From an uncultured Desulfobacteraceae bacterium (GTDB lineage: Bacteria > Desulfobacterota > Desulfobacteria > Desulfobacterales > Desulfobacteraceae), in assembly GCA_913041495.1 (NCBI GenBank), contig CAJWHT010000005.1, positions 332-64,331 on the forward strand: a DNA stretch of 64,000 nt, written 5' to 3'. Below are positions 1 to 12,276 of the stretch, piece after piece (positions within the stretch are counted from its first letter, which is position 1; each line of letters opens with the position of its first letter). Position numbers and translations under genes: made by a program. The notes below the pieces were generated by a model. The model was not told the DNA's origin and made no database searches. It saw only the letters and a list, made by a program, of their open reading frames with translations.

Positions 1-701
1 GGGAAATGGTGAGCCAGGGGCGGGACATCTGCAGCGCCACATCCATCCCGGTGATCGGGGACGGGGACACGGGATACGGCAACGCCCTTAACGTCCGCCG
101 CACCGTGGAAGGGTATGCCAGGGCAGGGTTCGCCGCCGTAATGATCGAAGACCAGGTCTCCCCCAAGCGCTGCGGCCATACCCGGGGTAAACTCACGGTG
201 GACCGCAAGGAAGCCTGTGAACGAATCCGGGCCGCCGTGGATGCCAGGGAAGAGGGTAGTGATATCCTCATCCTGGCCCGTACCGATGCCAGGGAAACCC
301 TGGGGTTGGAAGAAGCGGTGGACCGGGCAAAGGCCTTTTCGGACCTCGGTGCGGATATACTTTTCGTGGAAGCCCCCCGAACCCTTGGGGAAATGGAAAC
401 CATCTGCCGGGATGCCCCGGGGATTCATATGGCCAATATGATACGGGGCGGCAAAACCCCGGTGCTGCCGCCTGAAGACCTCCACGCCATAGGGTTTAAA
501 ATCGCTGCCTACCCCTTAACCCTGCTGTCCGCAGCCATGACGGCTGTAGCAAACGCCCTTTCAGATCTGAAGGCAGGAAAACACCCCGAGGACATCATGG
601 ATTTTCCCGAGTTAAGACAGCGGGTGGGGTTTGATGATTATTATAAAATGGAAGCGCGGTATGCAGCATCCGCCCGTAACCCTGAAAGAGGAAAAAAATA
701 A
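1..701 (+). CDS. isocitrate lyase/PEP mutase superfamily enzyme (methylisocitrate lyase or carboxyvinyl-carboxyphosphonate phosphorylmutase-like); N-terminus lies outside the window
   Basis: ORF is open to the left edge. IPVIGDGDTGYGN and AAVMIEDQVSPKRCGHTRGK blocks are the metal-binding and catalytic-loop signatures of this superfamily. Confidence 0.8.
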   Translation, partial: EMVSQGRDICSATSIPVIGDGDTGYGNALNVRRTVEGYARAGFAAVMIEDQVSPKRCGHTRGKLTVDRKEACERIRAAVDAREEGSDILILARTDARETLGLEEAVDRAKAFSDLGADILFVEAPRTLGEMETICRDAPGIHMANMIRGGKTPVLPPEDLHAIGFKIAAYPLTLLSAAMTAVANALSDLKAGKHPEDIMDFPELRQRVGFDDYYKMEARYAASARNPERGKK

Positions 702-824
702 ACAGCAATGAAAACCATCGTGTTAGGGCCTGCCGGGAAGATGGACGCGGCCATGGTACACGCCGGACTTTTTTAAAGAACAAACCACCCGGATACTACG
801 ATTTAAAGGAGGTATTCCTCGCCA

Positions 825-1355
825 ATGAATAATCCTGACCTCACCTCACCGGCACTCAAAACGGAACGGCTTAGCCTTCGGCCGCTGACCTTTGACGACA
901 CCCCCTTTATTACAGAGCTTCTCAATGATCCGGCCTATATCCGGAATATCGGAGACAGAAAGGTCCGAACAGAAGATGATGCCAGGCATTATCTGACCAC
1001 CGGGCCCATGGAAAGTTATAAAGTCAACGGATTCGGATTGTTCTGCGTTGTTCTGAAAACCGATGATACCCCCATCGGCACATGCGGCCTGTTGAAGCGG
1101 GATTTTTTAGACTATCCGGATCTGGGATATGCGTTTTTACCGGAATTTCGCTCCCGGGGGTATGCCGGGGAAGCCTCCGCCGGGGTGCTTTACTGGGGAA
1201 AAAAGACCTTTGACCTCCAAAAAATAGGGGCCATTGTCAATTCCGATAACCAGGCCTCCATCAGGCTTTTGGAGCGAATCGGTTTCAGTTACGAAAAAGA
1301 GGTGACGATTCCTGAAACAAAAAAACTTGTTAAACTGCTCGTTGCTGAACTATAA
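825..1355 (+). CDS. GNAT family N-acetyltransferase (RimJ/RimL-like)
   Basis: 176 aa. N-terminal LSLRPLTFDD...LNDP and C-terminal NQASIRLLERIGF are typical of the RimJ/RimL-type GNAT fold. Confidence 0.8.
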   Translation: MNNPDLTSPALKTERLSLRPLTFDDTPFITELLNDPAYIRNIGDRKVRTEDDARHYLTTGPMESYKVNGFGLFCVVLKTDDTPIGTCGLLKRDFLDYPDLGYAFLPEFRSRGYAGEASAGVLYWGKKTFDLQKIGAIVNSDNQASIRLLERIGFSYEKEVTIPETKKLVKLLVAEL

Positions 1356-1421
1356 CAGTATTTTGCCGGACGGGACTGGACCCGCCCGGAAACTAACGCA
1401 CAGACAAAACGATTGTATCCC

Positions 1422-2144
1422 ATGCGAATTGCCGTAATTTCAGATATTCATGCCAATCTGACGGCGCTTAAAGCCGTTGCGGAAGATATCCGTATTACCG
1501 GAGCCGATGAGGTTATCTGCCTTGGCGATATCACCACATTAGGCCCCCGGCCCCGGGCCTGCCTTAAGATCGTAAAGGAATTGAACTGCCGGTGCATCAA
1601 AGGAAACCACGATGATTTCATGCCCGATGCCGGACTGATCCATACATATACGGATGTTCCGATTATCGTGGATATGGTGACCTGGGCCAGGCAGCGGCTC
1701 TCCCCTGAGGACATTGAATTCATCCGCAGTTTTGAAAATCAAATCCGGGTTGAACCGGACCCTGAAACCCGCTGGCTTTTTTTCCACGGCTGCCCTGGCA
1801 GCCATATGACGGATATCCTCTCTTCAACCCCGCCGGAAGATCTGGACACCCTTCTGGGAGACGAAACCTGCGAACTGATGTGCTGCGGCCATACCCATAT
1901 CCAGATGCTCCGCCAGCACAAGGGCACCCTTGTGGTCAACCCGGGCAGTGTAGGGATGCCGTTCAAGGAGTTCGTGGGAGGGAAACGTCCCGAGCCCATG
2001 CACCATGCAGAGTATGCCGTCCTGGAAAAAAACCGTGGAAATATTAGTGTCAATCTGAAACGGATCAGCTACAGCATGGCGGATTTCAAGGAAAGCATCG
2101 CCCGGTCCGACGAAAAGATCCGGGCCTTTTTTGCCAGGTTTTAG
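1422..2144 (+). CDS. metallophosphoesterase (YfcE/MJ0936-like)
   Basis: MRIAVISDIHAN, GDITTLGP, GNHD and CCGHTH motifs. Start moved to the ATG at 1422 because the ORF-track start is TTG. Confidence 0.8.
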   Translation: MRIAVISDIHANLTALKAVAEDIRITGADEVICLGDITTLGPRPRACLKIVKELNCRCIKGNHDDFMPDAGLIHTYTDVPIIVDMVTWARQRLSPEDIEFIRSFENQIRVEPDPETRWLFFHGCPGSHMTDILSSTPPEDLDTLLGDETCELMCCGHTHIQMLRQHKGTLVVNPGSVGMPFKEFVGGKRPEPMHHAEYAVLEKNRGNISVNLKRISYSMADFKESIARSDEKIRAFFARF

Positions 2145-2151
2145 GCCTGTC

Positions 2152-2673
2152 TTATCCGGCCAGGATTCCCGCGGTTTTCATCCCTTGAAAATCGTTCTGC
2201 CGGTTCACCTCATAACAGAGGATGGAAACGGCATTGGCCAGGTTCAAGGACCTTGTTCCTTCCGACATGGGAACCCGGACGCTGTTATCCCGGTTATTTG
2301 CGATCAGATCTTCGGGAAGCCCTGTGGATTCCTTGCCGAAGATCAGAAACACACCGGCCGGGTATGAAAACATATCGCACCTGACCCCCGCTTTCTGGGA
2401 GATAAATACCTTGTGCCCCTCCGGATGGCAGGATACAAAGTGTTCAAAGCTTTTATAGTACTTCACATCCAGGTCTTTCCAATAGTCCATGCCTGCCCGC
2501 CTCAGGTATTTATCCTCAACCGAGAATCCCAAGGGTTCGATCAGGTGAAGGACAGCCCCCATGGCTTTGCAGGTTCTGCCGATATTCCCCGTATTCTGGG
2601 GAATTTCAGGCTCCAACAGGACGATGTTGATCTTATTGTCACTTATTTTATTTTTTGGACTCTTCTGGGTCAT
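2152..2673 (-). CDS. trmL: tRNA (cytidine/uridine-2'-O)-methyltransferase TrmL (SpoU/TrmH family)
   Basis: NIVLLEPEIPQNTGNIGRTCKAMGAVLHLIEPLGF and LNLANAVSILCYE blocks. An internal ATG start avoids overlap with the upstream gene. Confidence 0.8.
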   Translation of the reverse strand: MTQKSPKNKISDNKINIVLLEPEIPQNTGNIGRTCKAMGAVLHLIEPLGFSVEDKYLRRAGMDYWKDLDVKYYKSFEHFVSCHPEGHKVFISQKAGVRCDMFSYPAGVFLIFGKESTGLPEDLIANNRDNSVRVPMSEGTRSLNLANAVSILCYEVNRQNDFQGMKTAGILAG

Positions 2674-2699
2674 TTGGGTCTTCTCATTAAATTTTGCAT

Positions 2700-3647
2700 C
2701 TATCGTGTTACATACTGCCAGACTGCGATCCACAGGGGCATCATCAGGATACAGGCCAGGTACTGCACCAGCATCATGGCGGAGATTTGACGGGTATCCC
2801 CCCCATAGGCCTTGGCTATCAATATGAGATTGGTTGCCGGCGGGGATGATCCCTGGATGATCAGCATACTGCAGGCCAGGGGCATGGCTATCCTTATATC
2901 ACTGAAAAAAAGAGCCCCGAATACCGTGGCCGGCACCAGGATGAATTTCACCAGGAAGACCTTGAATATATCCCCGATGGGCGGCCATTCCTTCAGGGAA
3001 ATCGCTCCCATGGTGGCCCCCAGGACAAACACGGCCGCAGGCACCGTGGCCTGTCCCAGCATATCAATGGAAGCGACCAGCGTTCCCGGTATAAAATCGG
3101 ATAATCCCGTAAGTACGGCAAACACGGAGAAAAACACCGAGGCCAGGGGCGGTGTTATAAAATCCCGCAGACGGATCTTGCTCTGCCGCTGCCCCAGCAT
3201 CACCGCCCCTAAACTCCACATCATGGTGTTCAACCCCATGATGAGAAGAAAGCAATACAGGGCAAAGAGGTCGAATTGTTCCGGAAAGAGAATCTGCCCC
3301 ACGGGAAGTGGCAGATAAATGCCGTTCTGCAAGCTGGCCAGGGCAATCTGGGGATTCTTATCCGGCTTCAGCCGAAACAGGATACCACTGTAAATCAGCC
3401 CCGTAACTGCGATCAGTACCCCGGCCAGGGGCAGAATCCACCATTGGGGAAGTTCCTCCGGCCTGAATCGCATCAGGGTTTTGGCAATGATCAGGCAGGG
3501 CAAAAAGACGTTCACGGTGATCCCAGACAGGGCCTGCACCTGTTCCTGGGATATGAACTTTCTTCTGACCATGATACCGGCGGCAAAAGAGATCAGGAAC
3601 AGCTGAAAAATAGCAGTAAATACGGTTAATCCGGTTTGTAAAAACAT
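2700..3647 (-). CDS. AEC (auxin efflux carrier) family transporter
   Basis: About 315 aa and polytopic, with two hydrophobic halves joined by a charged loop. The composition is typical of AEC/malonate-transporter-like permeases. Confidence 0.7.
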   Translation of the reverse strand: MFLQTGLTVFTAIFQLFLISFAAGIMVRRKFISQEQVQALSGITVNVFLPCLIIAKTLMRFRPEELPQWWILPLAGVLIAVTGLIYSGILFRLKPDKNPQIALASLQNGIYLPLPVGQILFPEQFDLFALYCFLLIMGLNTMMWSLGAVMLGQRQSKIRLRDFITPPLASVFFSVFAVLTGLSDFIPGTLVASIDMLGQATVPAAVFVLGATMGAISLKEWPPIGDIFKVFLVKFILVPATVFGALFFSDIRIAMPLACSMLIIQGSSPPATNLILIAKAYGGDTRQISAMMLVQYLACILMMPLWIAVWQYVTR

Positions 3648-3831
3648 CTGAACTTCCACCAAAGGCCCCAATCGAGCCAGGTTATTGCCTTATTTAAAAA
3701 AAATGAACACCATTTTAAAGTGACCTAAAATAGCAGGATGGGCCGCGGGATGCAATTATAAGGGTGCACTTGATTTATATAATAAACGGCCTGTTTATAT
3801 TTTTTATGGAAAAAGGTATAGGACTATACTT

Positions 3832-4407
3832 ATGGATATCATTCTTCAGGCCTGGGGCGGCGGCGCTTACCTTTTGAACAAAATTTTGTTTGCCCTGGCG
3901 GAAACCAAGGCGCAACAGATAAAACGGCAACTCAGGATTTACGGATGGCTTGTCTATATCCTGGGTGTCCCGGCCTGGGTGATTATCCTCACTGGGAAAA
4001 ACAATTGGATCGCCGCCTCAATTGAAGCAGGGGGTCTTCCTTCCATGGTGTTCGGGCTGGTCACGGTATACCGGAATTCAAAGATTCCAAGCAGGCGCTT
4101 TGACAGGATTGCCTCTTTTTTCACATACAGCTCCATCCTCTTGGGGGTATCTTACAGTTTATATGATTACGGCGGCATCACCTGCCTTACACAGCTCCTT
4201 GAAATCGGTGTGACGATCGGATTTCTCCTGGGCAGTTATTTGCTGGCCAAAAACAATGCCGCAGGCTGGCTTTTATTCATGCTCATGAACGGCAGCATGG
4301 CCCTGTTGATGTTTATCCAGCATAAACCCTTGTTATCGGTTCAGCAGATCGTTTCGCTTTGTTTTGTCATTTTCGGATATAGACAGGCACTGAAATCCAA
4401 GGCTTGA
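3832..4407 (+). CDS. integral membrane protein (possibly PnuC-like)
   Basis: 191 aa with 6-7 hydrophobic segments. The family call is weak. Confidence 0.5.
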   Translation: MDIILQAWGGGAYLLNKILFALAETKAQQIKRQLRIYGWLVYILGVPAWVIILTGKNNWIAASIEAGGLPSMVFGLVTVYRNSKIPSRRFDRIASFFTYSSILLGVSYSLYDYGGITCLTQLLEIGVTIGFLLGSYLLAKNNAAGWLLFMLMNGSMALLMFIQHKPLLSVQQIVSLCFVIFGYRQALKSKA

Positions 4408-4553
4408 CAGTGAATCCGGTGCCGCCCCCCTATACCCTACCAGTATATCTGCTGTATTTTTTCCGCGGTTTATGATAGAGTTTTACGCTTTTGGTCGAAT
4501 TATTTTATTCAATAAAATAAAGTTCTTATAGTACATTTTAGAAAGGAGTTTAT

Positions 4554-5162
4554 ATGGGGTTGATCTCATCCACCCATTCCATGAGCCGGTATTATATTGA
4601 AGGGGCATTTGAAGGCGGTACCATGGAGGAAGTCAGGACCGGGCTGATTGAAAATGCCATGCCGAAAATTGAAAGTGAATATGAGGAAATATCTGCGGGC
4701 TGGACCCCCTTTGAAAGCCCGTATAATCCGGATTTTGAAAAATTTTCATTTGTCTTCGGGACCTATTTTCTTTTCTCCTTGCGCATTGATAAAAAGTCCA
4801 TTCCGGCCAAACTGGTACAAAAACACATGGCCCTTGAAATCGAAAAGAAAAAAGAGGAGAGCGGCCGGGATTTTATTTCAAAAAATGAAAAGTCGGAAAT
4901 CAAGGAGTTTGTCCTGGATGTGCTGATGCATAAAATTCCCTCGATTCCAAGCATCTATGACGTGCTCTGGAGCTATGAGGAGAAACAGCTCATCATCTTC
5001 TCCACCCAGAAGGCGGCCAATGAATTGTTTGAAACACTTTTCTTAAAGTCCTTCAACCACAAGCCCATCAGGATATTCCCCTATACCAAGGTTGAAAAGC
5101 TGGGCAAGTTTACCGACACCCAGAAGGACAAAATTCTTAACCTGACACCGTTAAAATACTAA
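4554..5162 (+). CDS. RdgC-like recombination-associated protein (short form)
   Basis: Good SD (AAAGGAG). The block KKSIPAKLVQKHMALEIEKKKEESGRDFISKNEKSEIKEFVLDVLMHKIPS ... STQKAANELFETLFLKSF is colinear with the E. coli RdgC region [39 protein letters not shown] ... ASAKKAEDTLALLRKSL. Confidence 0.6.
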   Translation: MGLISSTHSMSRYYIEGAFEGGTMEEVRTGLIENAMPKIESEYEEISAGWTPFESPYNPDFEKFSFVFGTYFLFSLRIDKKSIPAKLVQKHMALEIEKKKEESGRDFISKNEKSEIKEFVLDVLMHKIPSIPSIYDVLWSYEEKQLIIFSTQKAANELFETLFLKSFNHKPIRIFPYTKVEKLGKFTDTQKDKILNLTPLKY

Positions 5163-5172
5163 AGGGGATCTC

Positions 5173-5709
5173 ATGCTTGATATCGCAACCGCCTATAATA
5201 AATATCTTTTCCTGGGCAATGAATTCTTAACCTGGCTCTGGTTTCTCATTGAAACAGAGCAAGACATCACCAAAATCCTGGGATCCGGGGAACCGATCAC
5301 CCTGGAAATCGGCAATTCCCTGAGCCTTGAAAACAATCTGGGGGATAAATCCAAGGAAAAAATTACCATCAAGGGGGATCAGGCAGGGCTGGAAGAGGGA
5401 ACCACCGCCCTGAGAAAAGGGGCCGTGGTCACGGACATCAACCTTTTGTGTAAAATCGGGGAAGAAGAGTATAAGTTTTCCATCAAAGGGGAAAGCTTCA
5501 ATCTCACCGGTTTAAAAACCCCGGCCATAGACACCTCCGGCTCAGAGGATGAAATCGAAGGGATGGTCATTGAAAAAACCTTTTTGTTACTCAAGGTTAC
5601 CGGAGTTATTGACACCCTGTTTTTAAAATATATTGAGCGCAGGATCTCAGAAAATTGGAAAAATGAAGAATTCCAGGAGATTAAACGCTGGATCCACGTA
5701 GAACAATAA
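5173..5709 (+). CDS. hypothetical protein, likely partner of the RdgC-like gene
   Basis: 178 aa, starts 10 nt after the RdgC-like stop and has an SD (AAAGGGG). The N-terminal GNEFLTWLWF motif is recalled from deltaproteobacterial RdgC-like proteins, so this is a weak call. Confidence 0.5.
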   Translation: MLDIATAYNKYLFLGNEFLTWLWFLIETEQDITKILGSGEPITLEIGNSLSLENNLGDKSKEKITIKGDQAGLEEGTTALRKGAVVTDINLLCKIGEEEYKFSIKGESFNLTGLKTPAIDTSGSEDEIEGMVIEKTFLLLKVTGVIDTLFLKYIERRISENWKNEEFQEIKRWIHVEQ

Positions 5710-5716
5710 AATGTTC

Positions 5717-5770
5717 AAAACCCCATGGTTTTCAACACCTATTTTTTCATGAACAAAACCATGGGGTTTT
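5717..5770 (+). terminator. hairpin after the RdgC-like pair
   Basis: AAAACCCCATGGTTTT (5717-5732) and AAAACCATGGGGTTTT (5755-5770) are perfect reverse complements with a 22-nt loop. The 3' arm ends in TTTT. Confidence 0.4.
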
Positions 5771-5987
5771 CACACGAAAATAAACCCTGTTTTTAACAAA
5801 AGACATATGATTATAACATTTATTTTCAAGGGGTTAAAAAGTTATAAACATATCATCACCCCTTACTATTGTTACTATCTTTTATTTATTATCTAAATAT
5901 TAAATAGGGACTCTTTATTTAATTGATAAATGGCAGGTTTTAATATAGAATTTCAAGGATATGCAAACTTGGAAAAAAGGAAGGTAA

Positions 5988-9523
<3,536 letters not shown>

Positions 9524-9586
9524 TCCGGACTATTGATCTGGATCAATAATCCTGGAGACAGGAGCGCTTTTTTAAAGTAATCTCAA

Positions 9587-9626
9587 GCCGTTGCCGGGGT
9601 ATTATCCCGGCAGCGGCTTTTGTTTT
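9587..9626 (+). terminator. rho-independent terminator after gyrB
   Basis: GCCGTTGCCGGG / CCCGGCAGCGGC stem followed by TTTTGTTTT. Confidence 0.7.
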
Positions 9627-9706
9627 GCCTGCCATGGCGGGCAAACTAAAGGATTAGGATTTATTATCCTATATTGACGCCGCAACAATAATAGTTGGCA
9701 CTGGGC

Positions 9707-9728
9707 AAAATACAGGATTTCCCCCATT
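9707..9728 (+). repeat. left arm of a 22-bp perfect inverted repeat flanking dfx
   Basis: AAAATACAGGATTTCCCCCATT. Its exact reverse complement lies at 10377-10398. Confidence 0.9.
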
Positions 9729-9901
9729 CATATTTACCCATCCTCTGTATAGACTCAACCCACGACTTTTTAAATTGATGAAGATTCCGGGTCTTCGGAG
9801 AGAAAACAAATTCTCAAATCAGCGTAAAAAGGTTGACGGTATTCCTGTCAGCCATTTCACCCATAGTTCCATAATTACCAATCAACAAGGAGAAATGAAA
9901 G

Positions 9902-10279
9902 ATGCCTGAAAAAAGAGAAATTTACAAATGTGAAGCATGCGGCAACATCGTAGAAGTACTGGAAGGCGGCGGTGCGGAACTGGTTTGCTGCGGCGAAGAA
10001 ATGTCTTTGTTCGAAGAAAAAACAGCGGATGAAGGCAAGGAAAAACATGTTCCTGTGGTCAGCGCCTTGGATGACAACTCGATTCTTGTCAAGGTGGGAT
10101 CCACCCCCCATCCCATGGAGGAAAAGCATTATATCCAGTGGATTGAAGCCTTTGACGGGGACAGGACCTGCCGTCACTGCCTCAAACCCGGACAGGATCC
10201 GGAAACGGTTTTCAAAGATATAGGCCCGGACGTGACCGTGCGGGAGTACTGCAACCTTCACGGGGTTTGGAAGGCCTGA
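9902..10279 (+). CDS. dfx: desulfoferrodoxin (2Fe superoxide reductase)
   Basis: 125 aa. N-terminal desulforedoxin-type CEACGN...VCCGEEM, then EKHVPVV, HPMEEKHYIQWIE and CNLHGVW ligand blocks. Strong SD (AAGGAGA). Confidence 0.93.
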   Translation: MPEKREIYKCEACGNIVEVLEGGGAELVCCGEEMSLFEEKTADEGKEKHVPVVSALDDNSILVKVGSTPHPMEEKHYIQWIEAFDGDRTCRHCLKPGQDPETVFKDIGPDVTVREYCNLHGVWKA

Positions 10280-10311
10280 TGCCTGAAGGATTTTGAAACA
10301 AATCGCGAAAA

Positions 10312-10354
10312 AAAGCCGGGGCCAAAGGCGGATGTTTTCTTTGGGTCCGGCTTT
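10312..10354 (+). terminator. terminator-like hairpin after dfx
   Basis: AAAGCCGGGGCCAAAG pairs with CTTTGGGTCCGGCTTT (two mismatches). The loop is about 11 nt. Confidence 0.55.
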
Positions 10355-10376
10355 ATCCTATGTGGTGCTGCTCAAA

Positions 10377-10398
10377 AATGGGGGAAATCCTGTATTTT
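10377..10398 (-). repeat. right arm of the 22-bp perfect inverted repeat flanking dfx
   Basis: AATGGGGGAAATCCTGTATTTT is the reverse complement of 9707-9728. Confidence 0.9.
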
Positions 10399-10537
10399 CC
10401 GGCAGTCCAATCCGTTATATCCTTACGCTATGAACGAGTGGTATGTTATACGGACGCATTAATCCGGGATTTGAGAATCATGCGCAAATCTGCTAAGACT
10501 ACCCGAAAGATGCGAATCAGAAAACGGGAGGGGCAAA

Positions 10538-11998
10538 ATGGAATTGGAGAAATCCATGTCTCAAAGAAATAGGGCCAGGGCGATTCCCAAGGTTTCAACA
10601 GGTATCTCCCCCCTGGATAATATCCTGGAGGGCGGATTTCCCAGAGACCGGACGATTCTGATCAAAGGTGGCAGCGGTACGGGGAAAACCCTGCTGGCGC
10701 TGGAATTCCTGTGCGCCAATGCAGCCGGCAAAACCCCGGGCATCTTTGTTTCCTTTGAAGAAACCGCCGATGATATTCGGCAGAATGCCCTGTCGGTGGG
10801 GCTTGACCTTGATGCCCTGGAGAAAGAGGGGTCATTTTTTCTCTGGGACGTGGATATGACGGATCCGTCAATGGTCACAGGCCCGGTCTCCATCGAAGCG
10901 CTTCTGGCAGGCATCCAGGGTAAGGCAAAAGAAATGGGGGCACCTTGTATCGTGTTTGACGGCCTGGACCTGCTGCTTCGGTTTTTTAAAACCCCTGAGC
11001 AGCGTAGGAACGAACTTTACCGGCTCAACTCCTGGCTTAAAACCAACGGGTTTACTGCGGTGTTAAACCAGAAGCAGTACCGGGCTGAAGCCGATAAACT
11101 CAACTCTGAAGCCATAGACTATATGGCCGACTGCCTCCTGCTTTTGGACCGGCGCATTAAAGATCAGGTGATTACCCGGCGGCTCCAGGTTGCCAAATAC
11201 CGGGGATCAGGATTTTCAACCAATCAGCATCCGTTCGCCATCACCGACAGGGGGATACGGATCCTACCCCTGTCTGATATAAGACTGACCCGTCCATCGT
11301 CCCATAAGAAGCGTATTTCCAGCGGCAGCCCTGACCTGGATCGTATTCTTGGGGGCGGCTTTGCCAGCAATGCCACCGTCCTTTTAACTGGTCCCAGCGG
11401 CATCGGAAAAACCACTTTTGCCACAACTTTCAGCTGCCATGCCTGCGACCGGGGCCGGCGGGTGCTGTATGTCAGTTTTGAAGAAGCGCCCCAGGTCATT
11501 GTGGAGAACATGCGTTCACCCGGCATCGATCTCAGCCAGGCGGTTGAATCTGAATCCCTTGCTTTCTATGCCAGTCTACCCGAAATCATGGGGGTGGAAA
11601 GCCATCTGTTTCAACTCATGGACCGGATTGAGGCCTTTGATCCCCACCACCTGGTGGTGGATGCTGTTTCCGCATTGGGGCGCATGGGCACAAGACGTGG
11701 CGGTATCGATTTTCTCACCCGGCTGATCTTCTGGTGCAAAGATCGTGAAATCACCTGTCTTCTGACAGACCAGGTCCAGGAGAACCCCATGATTTCCACC
11801 TCCGCGGTTTCAGCCCTGCTCTCCGTCATCGACACCCATATCGCGTTGGGGTTTTACAAGAGCGGCCGCAGGTTTTTAAGGGAAATCCGCGTGGTCAAAT
11901 CCCGTGGCGTTCACCATTCCAGCCAGTGTAAAACCTTTTCCATAACTGATAAGGGGATTCGGATTCACCGGGATGAGTCACGGCTGGAGGGCGAATAA
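10538..11998 (+). CDS. kaiC: KaiC-family double RecA-like ATPase
   Basis: 486 aa with two tandem domains. Each has a Walker A (GGSGTGKT, GPSGIGKT) followed by VSFEE(T/A). KaiB is encoded directly downstream. Confidence 0.9.
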   Translation: MELEKSMSQRNRARAIPKVSTGISPLDNILEGGFPRDRTILIKGGSGTGKTLLALEFLCANAAGKTPGIFVSFEETADDIRQNALSVGLDLDALEKEGSFFLWDVDMTDPSMVTGPVSIEALLAGIQGKAKEMGAPCIVFDGLDLLLRFFKTPEQRRNELYRLNSWLKTNGFTAVLNQKQYRAEADKLNSEAIDYMADCLLLLDRRIKDQVITRRLQVAKYRGSGFSTNQHPFAITDRGIRILPLSDIRLTRPSSHKKRISSGSPDLDRILGGGFASNATVLLTGPSGIGKTTFATTFSCHACDRGRRVLYVSFEEAPQVIVENMRSPGIDLSQAVESESLAFYASLPEIMGVESHLFQLMDRIEAFDPHHLVVDAVSALGRMGTRRGGIDFLTRLIFWCKDREITCLLTDQVQENPMISTSAVSALLSVIDTHIALGFYKSGRRFLREIRVVKSRGVHHSSQCKTFSITDKGIRIHRDESRLEGE

Positions 11999-12276
11999 TG
12001 GAAACTCGGGGGATTGAATATGATCTATGCCTCTTTGTGGCAGGGGACGAGCCCAACTCCAGTCTGGCCAAAAAAAACATCACCGCCATCTTCAACGACT
12101 GCCTTGGCGGGGCGGGACGGCTGACCATTGTGGATGTGTTTGAAGAGTACAGATCAGCCATTGAACAGAATATTGTGCTGACACCGACCCTGGTGGTGGC
12201 GAAACCTGTCAGAATTCGTCTTCTGGGCACCCTATCGGACCGGGATGCCGTGCTTTCCGCCCTGGGGGTGATATGA
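11998..12276 (+). CDS. kaiB: KaiB (thioredoxin-like fold clock protein)
   Basis: 92 aa. LCLFVAGDEPNSSLAKKNI ... VDVFEEYRSAIEQNIVLTPTLVV matches the KaiB signature. The start shares one nt with the kaiC stop (TAATG). Confidence 0.88.
   Translation: METRGIEYDLCLFVAGDEPNSSLAKKNITAIFNDCLGGAGRLTIVDVFEEYRSAIEQNIVLTPTLVVAKPVRIRLLGTLSDRDAVLSALGVI

Noticed and set aside
5771-5987. Possible oriC in the AT-rich spacer upstream of dnaN
   Set aside because: I could not find clustered TTATCCACA-type DnaA boxes; the best match, TTATAAACA, has two mismatches. dnaA is not in the window either. An ordinary promoter region is the simpler explanation.
9696-9712. Sigma-54 promoter (TTGGCACTGGGCAAAAT) upstream of dfx
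   Set aside because: The -24 TGGCAC is present. The -12 position reads AAAA instead of TTGC, so GC is missing at the required spacing.
10360-10572. 70-aa ORF upstream of kaiC
   Set aside because: It overlaps the dfx right repeat arm and the kaiC start. It has no SD and is more likely promoter or leader sequence.
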